A program made the translations under genes and the position numbers. From assembly GCA_964590575.1 (NCBI GenBank), contig CAZPWM010000009.1, positions 1 to 54,693 of the forward strand: a stretch of 54,693 nucleotides of DNA, read 5' to 3'. Position 1 is the first letter of the stretch. Each line of letters opens with the position of its first letter. The notes below the pieces were generated by a model. That model did not search any database and had not been told where the DNA came from. It worked only from the letters and a program-made list of their open reading frames with translations. This DNA is from an uncultured archaeon (GTDB lineage: Archaea > Asgardarchaeota > Thorarchaeia > Thorarchaeales > Thorarchaeaceae). This document shows, piece after piece, positions 10,739 through 19,530 of the stretch.

Positions 10739-10925
10739 GAAATATCACTACTGTTTTTCATGTATTGTTTGTAATCAAAGCGAGATTACGATTAAGGTTT
10801 CTTAGGACATTAATATTGTATTACATGTATTATGATATCGGATAAAGCGCCAAATAAAACTTGAAAATAGGTTGAAAATGTCGTTCTAAGATTAGAACTA
10901 TGTATCAATGTGACTATGTAAAATA

Positions 10926-11124
10926 TGAGTGTGTCGTACAATGGCAAGTAGGCCAACGTCGGCAGAGTACACATCTCCGATGTTTCAGGCGTTCGTCATT
11001 GTCATCTCTATCTCCTCAAACAAACCTCCAGGATGACCTAATGGTTGCTTGAGATCTGGAAAAGGACTGTGCTCAAATGCGTTGGGATGCTTCTCGGTGC
11101 GACACGCTCGAGCCGTTTTCTTTT
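10926..11124 (+). ncRNA. Candidate structured non-coding RNA (~185 nt)
   Basis: 13-14 bp closing stem 10927-10939/11097-11109 with G-U pairs on the + strand, internal hairpins, possible pseudoknot, followed by TTTTCTTTT. Confidence 0.5.
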
Positions 11125-11129
11125 ATTAA

Positions 11130-11678
11130 TCAGTCAGACTTCTTTTTTGATATTTCAGATTTGAGAACAAGTGATGATGAAAGCTCATCAAGTGCAGACA
11201 TTATTGTTCGTTCAGTAGCTCTGACGCTTTCTAGCTCTTCTGTAGTCAACTCAACTTTACCAGCAAGGATGTCCCGAATTCTTCGATAATCACCTATACG
11301 AGCAGCCACTTCCTCAAAAGGACGGAATATTGTTAATTCAAAGAGACCTAGGTATGCTAAGAGTACCATTGTATAAAGACAACGAGAAAGGTTCCGGCGA
11401 GCTTGGTTTAGTGTTCTATTGAATGCGCCTCTTGAAACACCTCGTGACCTAGTACCACGTTTTGATCGATATGCAGCTTTGTCCTCGTATGTGATATGAG
11501 TCCCATAGCTATCTTCGACCACTAGATCAATGAGCAATGTTTCCATCTGAGCTTCACTTAATATCGATCCTTCTTGGAGTTTCTTGAGAATTGGTTCTTT
11601 CAATACCTGCCGCGCACCAGATGTCAGTTGTTTCATGACTTCCTTTTCGCTGCTTTGTTTAACATTTCTAGATCCCAA
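11130..11678 (-). CDS. Hypothetical HTH-type DNA-binding protein
   Basis: ITYEDKA...VSRGAFNRTLNQARRNL resembles an HTH recognition helix. Confidence 0.6.
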   Translation of the reverse strand: MGSRNVKQSSEKEVMKQLTSGARQVLKEPILKKLQEGSILSEAQMETLLIDLVVEDSYGTHITYEDKAAYRSKRGTRSRGVSRGAFNRTLNQARRNLSRCLYTMVLLAYLGLFELTIFRPFEEVAARIGDYRRIRDILAGKVELTTEELESVRATERTIMSALDELSSSLVLKSEISKKKSD

Positions 11679-11903
11679 GTTTGTTCACCATCTTTGATTT
11701 CCATGTTTCAGAGATATTTTTCTATCGACTATCAAAACCTTTTAAATCGTAAATAGAGCGTTTTAAAACCATTATATTCTCCTCTTTGAAAGGTCTAATG
11801 AGTGGATACAATTTTGTATACAAATGAATAGTAATAGAGACTTATGTAGCTTTCAGTTTAGTATAATAATGAAATTATTGTAATCTCAGAATAATTAGGA
11901 TGA

Positions 11904-12320
11904 TTATCTATTAGAGAGAGTCCATTCTGACTCGGGCGTCATTACAATAAAACCGAGAATTAGATTTCCTCTGATTTCATCAAATTTGTAAACGCCGAAA
12001 ATATGCCTTCCTGAATCATCAATCCATTCAACTCGTCCTCGTAGAAGAAAGTGTTGAAACACGACACGACTCTGTTTTCTTACAGAGGTAAAGAGATTCT
12101 TGTATCTTCTACGTTGTGATGGTCGTATGCCCCATCTTGAAAAAATGAATCTATTAGTGAGACTGTTACTTGAGATTAAAACGGACTTGCTTCCTCGTCC
12201 TCTCGTATTGATAGCCTCTTTGAGTGCGTTTCTAAGACATTCGGGTATTGAAGCTAGTATTGAAGGAGTTGCTTCAGGTTCTCGAACTAATGATCGGGTA
12301 CGTACACTACGGATTGTCAA
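11904..12320 (-). CDS. Hypothetical basic protein, possible nucleic-acid binder
   Basis: 138-aa Arg-rich ORF filling the gap. Confidence 0.55.
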   Translation of the reverse strand: MTIRSVRTRSLVREPEATPSILASIPECLRNALKEAINTRGRGSKSVLISSNSLTNRFIFSRWGIRPSQRRRYKNLFTSVRKQSRVVFQHFLLRGRVEWIDDSGRHIFGVYKFDEIRGNLILGFIVMTPESEWTLSNR

Positions 12321-12459
12321 GGCTACTCAAACCTTTTTCCTACAAGAGCCTTAAGAGGACCTACAAAGAATCAATATGATACTAGTATTTTTTGTATTAC
12401 AATATTGAATTTAGTCACTTCACTGAATTAATATCGAGTGTGGTCACGGAAGTGTCAAG

Positions 12460-14817
12460 GTGTATTGGTCTGTGAAGAAAAGAGCTGAGATTCATGTGAC
12501 AGGGATAGTCCAAGGAGTTGGATTTAGACCATTTATTCACAACATTGCTAAATCTCTCTCGCTCACAGGGTTTGTTCTAAACTTAGGGGATGCAGGTGTA
12601 AAGATTGTTGTAGAAGGAAATGAATCTGATATTGAAAGTTTGATTAGTCGTATCAAGAACAACCCACCATCAATCGCACGAATTGATTCATTGATAGTCG
12701 ATTGGAACAATGTTATAGATTCATTCACAACGTTTGAGATACGCAAATCTTCTATTGCTCGTACAGAAGGGTCTGTTCCTGTATTGCCACCTGATATTGC
12801 AATGTGTAGTGATTGTATTGAGGACTTAAAGAATTCCGAATCTAGGTGGTATCGGTATCCATTCACATCATGTGCGGCTTGTGGACCTAGATTCTCGACC
12901 ATAACTGATCTTCCTTATGACCGTCCGAACACAACTATGGTGGATTTTCCACTTTGTGATACTTGTAATACAGGTTATACTAATCCTGTTGATCGACGTT
13001 ATCATGCTCAAACTACGGCTTGTGAAAGGTGTGGACCCGTCTATAGATTGGTTGATACTAAGGGGAATCAGGTTGAATTTGATAACCCCGTTCAACGTGT
13101 TGCACAGATGTTAGAAGATGATCAAGTTATTGCAATACAGGGTATAGCAGGAACGCACATCGCTACAAAGACATCTGACTCAAGAGCAATTGTGACCCTT
13201 CGACAGAGGAAGAGAAGATTTCAACGACCTTTCGCAATAATGGTAAGAGACCTCTCGGTTCTGAAGCAAGTTGTAAATTTCACCTCTCTAGAAGAGATGC
13301 TCATTACGTCTTGGCGAAGACCCATAGTCCTTTTACAAAAGAGAATAGATTCTGAATTAATTCCAAACAAGGTACAAGACGTTGTAGCACCAGGTCTCGA
13401 TACTATTGGCGTCATGCTACCCTATGCACCTGTTCATCATCTTCTCTTTCAGTATTCAACTGAACCAGCTTTGGTTTTGACTAGTGCTAATCCTACGGGT
13501 GTACCAATGTATATTGAACCTGATGTTATTGTTTCAGAACTCAAGGACATAGTTGATTATTCTTTGATTCATAATCGCAGAATCTATCAAAGAGCTGACG
13601 ATTCTGTTGTCAAAGTTCTAGATAAGGATAAACCAGTCTTCATTCGACGCGCAAGAGGATATGTTCCTGACCCGCTTCAGTTCACAGATTCTTGGAAATC
13701 TATCAAGGCTGTTGGTGTGGGACCTGAAGAAAAAGTGACCGCAGCAGTATTAAAATCAGGAAGAATTTATCCAACGCAACATATTGGGGATATCAACCGA
13801 GTTGAAAGTCTAGATTTCTTGTCTGAAGCTGTAGATCATATCCTTCGTCTTCTGGATGTTGTTAAGATTGATGGAGTTGCCTGCGATCTCCACCCTGAAT
13901 TTTTGACAACAGAGTTTGCAGAACAAATTAGTAAGCAACAGGATATTCCACTCTTTCGTGTTCAGCACCATCATGCACATCTTGCCTCAATGATTGTGGA
14001 TCATAAGTTGCATCATGATACAAGTATTGTTTGTATTACAGCTGATGGATATGGGTTTGGTCAAGATGGTAATGCGTGGGGAGGTGAAGTACTACTTGGG
14101 AATCTTAGAGATTTCAAAAAGGTAGGTGGTCTCAATAGTATGGACTATCCTGGTGGAGATCTCTCAGCTGTCTATGCAGCAAGATCTGTGCTTGGAATCT
14201 TGAACAATTCAATAGAGAAGGATAGCCTTCTTCGAATAGTCAATTCAGCACCTATCGGGCCTGAAATCAATATGACCTCACACACATTAGATATCCTGAT
14301 TGATACAATCGGTCGTCGAATTAATACGATGAGTAGCACAAGCGCAGGAAGATTTCTTGATGCTGTAGCTATGGCACTTGGTGTTTGTTCTGAGAACTCC
14401 TATGATGGAGAATGCCCAATGAAGCTTGAGGCATTTGCAAAAAAGACTGATTTACGAATTAATCCGTTGTTCAAAAAGTCGAGAGATGGATTGATTTTGG
14501 ATACATCGAATGGTTTGATGCGAATTCTCGAGTTGAAAGAAGAAAATACCAACATACATGAGATAGCGTATGCGGCACAGTGGTATCTAGGAGAGTCTTT
14601 GGCGAATATTGCATGTATGGCAGCTAAGGAAAATCAGATACAATATATTGGTTTTTCTGGAGGGGTTGCACTCAACAAGATTATCACGAAAGCAGTGATT
14701 AATTATGTGTATAAAGAGAAGCTCAAACCTCTCATCCATGGTAATATCCCACCAGGTGACGGTGGAATATCTATAGGCCAAGTAGCTGTTGCTGGTGCAA
14801 AATTAACTGATTCATAA
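12460..14817 (+). CDS. hypF: Carbamoyltransferase HypF
   Basis: GIVQGVGFRPF, Zn fingers CGPRF/RYHAQ, VQHHHAH, PPGDGGISIGQ. Confidence 0.97.
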   Translation: MYWSVKKRAEIHVTGIVQGVGFRPFIHNIAKSLSLTGFVLNLGDAGVKIVVEGNESDIESLISRIKNNPPSIARIDSLIVDWNNVIDSFTTFEIRKSSIARTEGSVPVLPPDIAMCSDCIEDLKNSESRWYRYPFTSCAACGPRFSTITDLPYDRPNTTMVDFPLCDTCNTGYTNPVDRRYHAQTTACERCGPVYRLVDTKGNQVEFDNPVQRVAQMLEDDQVIAIQGIAGTHIATKTSDSRAIVTLRQRKRRFQRPFAIMVRDLSVLKQVVNFTSLEEMLITSWRRPIVLLQKRIDSELIPNKVQDVVAPGLDTIGVMLPYAPVHHLLFQYSTEPALVLTSANPTGVPMYIEPDVIVSELKDIVDYSLIHNRRIYQRADDSVVKVLDKDKPVFIRRARGYVPDPLQFTDSWKSIKAVGVGPEEKVTAAVLKSGRIYPTQHIGDINRVESLDFLSEAVDHILRLLDVVKIDGVACDLHPEFLTTEFAEQISKQQDIPLFRVQHHHAHLASMIVDHKLHHDTSIVCITADGYGFGQDGNAWGGEVLLGNLRDFKKVGGLNSMDYPGGDLSAVYAARSVLGILNNSIEKDSLLRIVNSAPIGPEINMTSHTLDILIDTIGRRINTMSSTSAGRFLDAVAMALGVCSENSYDGECPMKLEAFAKKTDLRINPLFKKSRDGLILDTSNGLMRILELKEENTNIHEIAYAAQWYLGESLANIACMAAKENQIQYIGFSGGVALNKIITKAVINYVYKEKLKPLIHGNIPPGDGGISIGQVAVAGAKLTDS

Positions 14818-14839
14818 TTGTAATACTAGTATTAGATAG

Positions 14840-15466
14840 CTATTTTTTGCATGCTTCAGCCATTTCAAATCCCAGTTTGGTGGCATCAATATTGATCTTC
14901 TCGAATTTTTGGGGGAATGCTGTGCTAACAACATCAATTGCTGCTTCTTCAGTAATTGGTGCTAAGCCAGTACCTATGATTGCCCCTAACATGACCATGT
15001 TGAGTGATCTAGAGCTTCCTGCTTTCACTGCAAGTTCTAAAGCATCAAACTCGATTATTTTGTCAGTGTATTTGTTTATGGTTTTGATTATCTCTTCATG
15101 GTCAGGATATTTTGCTTGGCCCATTGAAACTGCAACAGGATATTGAACATGTGAGCTTATTAGAACACATCCACCTTGTTTGACTAGTTGGATTTCTCTT
15201 AGGGTTTCGATTGGTTCAAAGCCAACAAGAAGATGAGCTGAGCCTGGGTCAATAATTGGACCTTTTGCATTTTCGCCTATACGTACTGTGCAAACAACAT
15301 GACCTCCTCGTTGAGCCATTCCATGAATTTCTCCTACACGAACATTGAAACCGCATTGAAGAGCTGCCTTTGCTAAAATCTCTGCAAGAGTTAGAACCCC
15401 TTGTCCACCTACTCCAGTGATTGCAATGTTTATTGTATTACTATTATTACCAGCCATCTTATACAT
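14840..15466 (-). CDS. iorB: Indolepyruvate:ferredoxin oxidoreductase beta subunit
   Basis: GVGGQG, EIHGMAQRGG, NMVMLGA. Confidence 0.93.
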   Translation of the reverse strand: MYKMAGNNSNTINIAITGVGGQGVLTLAEILAKAALQCGFNVRVGEIHGMAQRGGHVVCTVRIGENAKGPIIDPGSAHLLVGFEPIETLREIQLVKQGGCVLISSHVQYPVAVSMGQAKYPDHEEIIKTINKYTDKIIEFDALELAVKAGSSRSLNMVMLGAIIGTGLAPITEEAAIDVVSTAFPQKFEKINIDATKLGFEMAEACKK

Positions 15467-17351
15467 CCTCCCGTTTTATTGCACCTTGTGGACATACGGA
15501 AACACAAGTTCCACAGAGGTTGCATAGAGTTTCATCAATCACAGCTTGTTCTGTTTCTGGATCCATATACATAGCAGGACAAGAAAGACGGTTGAGACAT
15601 CGTTTGCACGCATTACATATCTCTGAATCAACATAGTATTTGGGTGGCGATTCACCTGTTCTTCGACGGTCAGCAGCAGTGAGAAGAGCACAGGCTTCTT
15701 TTGAAACTAGGACTGCGGGAAGATGGTTTTCCCTTGCCCACTTGACCATTTCACGTACTTCAGCAACTAGACTTGCCATTGATTCAAACGGTTGAACAGT
15801 CTTGACATATTTCACACCCAGACCTCTGCATACTTCTTCTATATCCAGAGGTGGAACTTCTTTCTGCATACCAGTCAATCCGGTTCCAGGGTGTGGTTGA
15901 TGCCCAGTCATCGCCGTGGTTCGATTATCCAGAACTACTACACAGATACGATGTTGATTGTAAACCGCATTTACAATACCTGGAAGACCAGAAGCAAAGA
16001 ATGTGCTGTCACCAATTGAAGCAACAATATCTTGGTCTGTGACTTCAGCTAGACCACATGCTGTGGTTATTGATGATCCCATATCGAACAGTATGTCTGC
16101 AGTTTCTAACGGTGGAGCAATGCTCAATGTGTAGCAACCAATATCTGATGGATAAATTGCCTTTCCTCTGGTTGCAGCTTTGATTGCATAGTAAGTTGTT
16201 CGATGTGGACATCCAGCACATAAAAGAGGGGGTCTTGGAGGTATTTCTGGTAATTCTTGAACTTTCTTATCTATTTCCTCCCAATTAATAGGTGTATTAC
16301 GTGTAGTAACTGCCTTTAATGCATCCATCACAATCCTTGGACTATATTCATAGGTACGCGAGAAAAATTTTTGTTCCTTGCCTAAAATCTCCACTGTAAC
16401 TTTGTTGAGGTGAGCAAGTCTTCTTGCATGAGTTTCAAGGAATGGTTCTAGCTCTTCAACAACCAATACTTGTTTGTGACGACGTAGAAAGTCTGTGATC
16501 ATTTTCTCAGGAATTGGATGGGTGATTCCAAGCTTAAGCACTTCAGCCTTGATGTCCATAGATGATAATGATTCAATGACATAATTGTATGAAACACCGC
16601 AGGTGATTATTCCAAGATTGCCCTCACCCGTAACAAAGTTCAATGTGCTTTTTTCGGATAACTCACGTGCGAGTTCTATCTGTCCAAGAAGCCATGGATG
16701 CCGTTTTCGTGCTACTGATGGAATGGGGACAAATCGAAATGGGTCTTTCTCAAAAACAACCTTATCTGGGCGTGAAAGAATTTTCTCAAATTTCACAGGA
16801 GCTCGTGTATGATTAACTCTTGTAGTGGTACGGAAAAGAACTGGGAGTTCTAGTTTTTCCGAGAGTTTGTAAGCTTCGAGTAGCATAGATTTAGCTTCTA
16901 TAGGATCGGCAGGCTCCATCATCGGCATGTTTCCCATCAATGCATAATATCTACTATCATTCTCGTTCTGTGAACTCCACATACTTGGATCATCAGCAAC
17001 AACAATTACCATTCCCCCACGAACACCAACATATGTCAATGAAAAGAATGGATCAGCAGCGACATTGAGACCTGGACCTTTGCAGACCATCATAGATCTC
17101 ACACCTGCAACAGCAGCTGCACCAGCCACCTCTAAAGCAACTTTCTCATTTGTACTGAATTCAAAGTAGAAATTGGGAATGTGTGGAGCCATGATTGTCA
17201 AGTTGTTTCCAATCTCACTACTTGGTGTACCAGGATAGAGTGCAACTAATCGAACACCTGCTTCTAGTACACCTCGAGCAATTGCTTCATTAGCAAGAAG
17301 AAGAATCTCCTTCCCTGGTTTATCCTCAAGAAGTTCCTTGGGCTTCGCCAA
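15459..17351 (-). CDS. iorA: Indolepyruvate:ferredoxin oxidoreductase alpha subunit
   Basis: YPGTPSSE, NEKVALE, CAGCPHR, DIGCY, GDSTFF, TAMTGHQ, C-terminal 2x[4Fe-4S]. Confidence 0.95.
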   Translation of the reverse strand: MAKPKELLEDKPGKEILLLANEAIARGVLEAGVRLVALYPGTPSSEIGNNLTIMAPHIPNFYFEFSTNEKVALEVAGAAAVAGVRSMMVCKGPGLNVAADPFFSLTYVGVRGGMVIVVADDPSMWSSQNENDSRYYALMGNMPMMEPADPIEAKSMLLEAYKLSEKLELPVLFRTTTRVNHTRAPVKFEKILSRPDKVVFEKDPFRFVPIPSVARKRHPWLLGQIELARELSEKSTLNFVTGEGNLGIITCGVSYNYVIESLSSMDIKAEVLKLGITHPIPEKMITDFLRRHKQVLVVEELEPFLETHARRLAHLNKVTVEILGKEQKFFSRTYEYSPRIVMDALKAVTTRNTPINWEEIDKKVQELPEIPPRPPLLCAGCPHRTTYYAIKAATRGKAIYPSDIGCYTLSIAPPLETADILFDMGSSITTACGLAEVTDQDIVASIGDSTFFASGLPGIVNAVYNQHRICVVVLDNRTTAMTGHQPHPGTGLTGMQKEVPPLDIEEVCRGLGVKYVKTVQPFESMASLVAEVREMVKWARENHLPAVLVSKEACALLTAADRRRTGESPPKYYVDSEICNACKRCLNRLSCPAMYMDPETEQAVIDETLCNLCGTCVSVCPQGAIKREDV

Positions 17352-17505
17352 TCACTGATCCTCCGTATATGGATGATTCGATTTGAATTGTGAGTGCTGT
17401 ATCAGTCTTGCGGTATTGGACAAAGATTTTTACACTTGGAACACGTGTTCTAGTTAATGTTGCACTTATACGGTCTAGGTAGTCCTTGGTGCTGTATCTA
17501 CATAA

Positions 17506-17672
17506 CACCCCTTGATTTCCACTAGAAAGATCTTATGGAGTGAGCTAAAAGCGGGTATATGTATGTATGATAAAAATGGAGATAAATGCAAGCTCTTTAA
17601 ACGATTATATATACTTTTTGATATTTGATTAATTAGCTATCAATTAATAATCTCTAGTGGAAACAAGGGGGT
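17506..17672. other. Putative replication origin: inverted ORB pair flanking an AT-rich DNA-unwinding element
   Basis: TTTCTAGTGGAAATCAAGGGGTG on - (17506-17528) and TCTCTAGTGGAAACAAGGGGGT on + (17651-17672) with an AT-rich ~120 bp spacer. Confidence 0.75.
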
Positions 17673-17769
17673 TCGATTGTTTTTTGAACATGTGTTCCAA
17701 AGAGAAACCAGGATCATAATATTGTAATACAAGTATTATAATAAATGGAACACGTGTTCTAAGTGCTAA

Positions 17770-18063
17770 TTATGAATTCGATTCCTGCACAACTTCATAA
17801 ATCTTTAACTTGAGAATATCTCCATACATCTTGAATAGTGCATCAAAGATAACACGATGATCAGAAGGGACCAAGATAGCTGAATCTGCAACAGCTTCTG
17901 CACCAGGACATTCATCAAGGAGACCTGGTTTTCGTTTCTGTTTGATTCCAGATTTTGTTTTCCAAGTATAGAAGTACCCGTAGAGATCCTTTGTGAATGC
18001 AACACGTCTAGCATTAGTTCGTCTTGCTTGCTGGCAATCATATAGATACAAATACGAGGTCAA
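17770..18063 (-). CDS. Small Cas2/VapD-like (ferredoxin-fold) hypothetical protein
   Basis: N-terminal YLYLYD strand, RRVAF..LYGY helix, DSAILV strand. Confidence 0.5.
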   Translation of the reverse strand: MTSYLYLYDCQQARRTNARRVAFTKDLYGYFYTWKTKSGIKQKRKPGLLDECPGAEAVADSAILVPSDHRVIFDALFKMYGDILKLKIYEVVQESNS

Positions 18064-18210
18064 TTAAAACAACCACTTGAAGAACACGTGTTCCGATTTT
18101 GAGTTCTTGTAATACAATACTTGACCGTCAAGGAAAAGTTAAAGCGGGGGTGTCTTGGTTCACTGCTTAAGCACCACACCCAACTTGAACAGGAAGATGG
18201 AGGACAACCA

Positions 18211-19530
18211 TTGAACAAGATTGGACTTAGAAAAGAAGAGAAAGCATTTGAAACTCGAGTCCCGTTAGTTCCTGATCATGTTAAATTATTAGCTGCAAAA
18301 CATAGTATTGATTTTGTACTTGAACCGAGTAATCAACGTGCATTTTCAGAGGATGAGTATGGTCTTGATAGATCTAATATCATACCCCTAAAGGGAAGTG
18401 GTGTTCCGGTTGTAATGGGAATAAAGGAGATGCCCATTGATATCTTCGAGAATGATATTGTATACATATTCTTCAGCCATACAATCAAGGGCCAAAACAA
18501 GAATATGTCCATGCTAAAACAAATCTTAGATGTTGGAGCTACACTAATTGACTACGAGCTAGTAGTTGATGAAAAAGGTCGAAGATTGATTTACTTTGGT
18601 AACTGGGCTGGCATGGCTGGAATCTCTGATACACTTCGTGTACTTGGTGAGCGTCTAGAATTGAAAGGGATAAAGCCCAACCCCTTTGCTGGAATGAAAC
18701 ATACACTCAAGATAAAAGGACTTGAAGAGCTTAGGGAAGAGTTCAGACTCCTTGGAAATCGAATCAAAGAACAAGGACTTCCAAATGAACTTACACCTTT
18801 TGTAGTAGGCTTTGCGGGTTATGGAAACGTATCCAGAGGAGCCCAAGAGATTTTTGATATTCTCCCACACAAAACAGTTAGTCCTGATGAGTTATCTGGA
18901 CTAGTACCCGAATCAAACCTACTCTATAAGTGCGTTTTCAAGGAAGAACACATGGTTGAACCCAAAGACCCCTCAGCAAAGTTCGATCTCCAAGACTATT
19001 ACAAAAATGGAAAATCAAAGTACACTGGAATATTTCATAGGCATATTCCTTACATCACAGTCTTGATGAACTGCATATATTGGACAAACAAGTCTCCCCG
19101 GTTATTAACCCTTGATTTCATACGTACTCATTGGAAAAAGGATGGTCGTAAGCTCCAAGTGGTAGGTGATATCTCCTGTGATATTAAAGGTGCAATAGAA
19201 TTCACCGTCAAATGCACAAATGCCGACAGACCTGCATTTACTTACATTATTGATGAGAATCGAGCAGAGCTAGGTGTAGAAGGCGAAGGACCAGTAGTTA
19301 TGGCTGTTGATAATCTCCCTTGCGAACTCCCACGTGAATCATCCACATCTTTTAGTGAAACACTGCTTAACTTCATACCTGCCCTTGCTGGTGCAGATTT
19401 TGTTGTACCCTTTTCAAAGCTTGAATTACCTCGAGAATTCAAAGATGCAATAATTGTATACCGAGGAAAACTAACAGAGAAATTCAAGTATCTTAAACAA
19501 TACCTTCCAAAGGAGGATTATAAAGAATGA
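18211..19530 (+). CDS. Lysine-ketoglutarate reductase / saccharopine dehydrogenase (AlaDh-PNT family; LKR domain of AASS)
   Basis: ETRVPLVP, GIKE, FFSHTIKGQ, LIDYE, GYGNVSRGAQEI, DISCD, AVDNLPCELP; TTG start after GGAGG. Confidence 0.88.
   Translation: MNKIGLRKEEKAFETRVPLVPDHVKLLAAKHSIDFVLEPSNQRAFSEDEYGLDRSNIIPLKGSGVPVVMGIKEMPIDIFENDIVYIFFSHTIKGQNKNMSMLKQILDVGATLIDYELVVDEKGRRLIYFGNWAGMAGISDTLRVLGERLELKGIKPNPFAGMKHTLKIKGLEELREEFRLLGNRIKEQGLPNELTPFVVGFAGYGNVSRGAQEIFDILPHKTVSPDELSGLVPESNLLYKCVFKEEHMVEPKDPSAKFDLQDYYKNGKSKYTGIFHRHIPYITVLMNCIYWTNKSPRLLTLDFIRTHWKKDGRKLQVVGDISCDIKGAIEFTVKCTNADRPAFTYIIDENRAELGVEGEGPVVMAVDNLPCELPRESSTSFSETLLNFIPALAGADFVVPFSKLELPREFKDAIIVYRGKLTEKFKYLKQYLPKEDYKE

Larger units (their letters stand above)
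17439..18093. repeat. GAACACGTGTTC palindrome cluster (4 copies)
   Basis: 17439, 17686 (1 mismatch), 17748, 18082; a fifth copy at 51862. Confidence 0.85.
1563..18117. repeat. Dispersed TTGTAWTACAA palindrome family
   Basis: Exact at 1563, 5501, 12392, 17722, 18107; near-exact at 6647, 7987, 9489, 10816, 11813, 14818. Confidence 0.85.

Noticed and set aside
10941-11129. + strand ORF readable through one TGA (possible selenoprotein)
   Set aside because: No UxxC/CxxU motif, no recognisable family or SECIS; the RNA-structure explanation fits better
10073-15443. Motif-like TTGTATTAC words inside coding regions (10073, 14031, 15433)
   Set aside because: Imperfect and explainable by codon content; not counted as sites, though they cannot be excluded
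17352-18120. CRISPR array near the Cas2-like gene
   Set aside because: Repeats are 11-12 bp palindromes at irregular spacing; no repeat-spacer periodicity and no other cas genes
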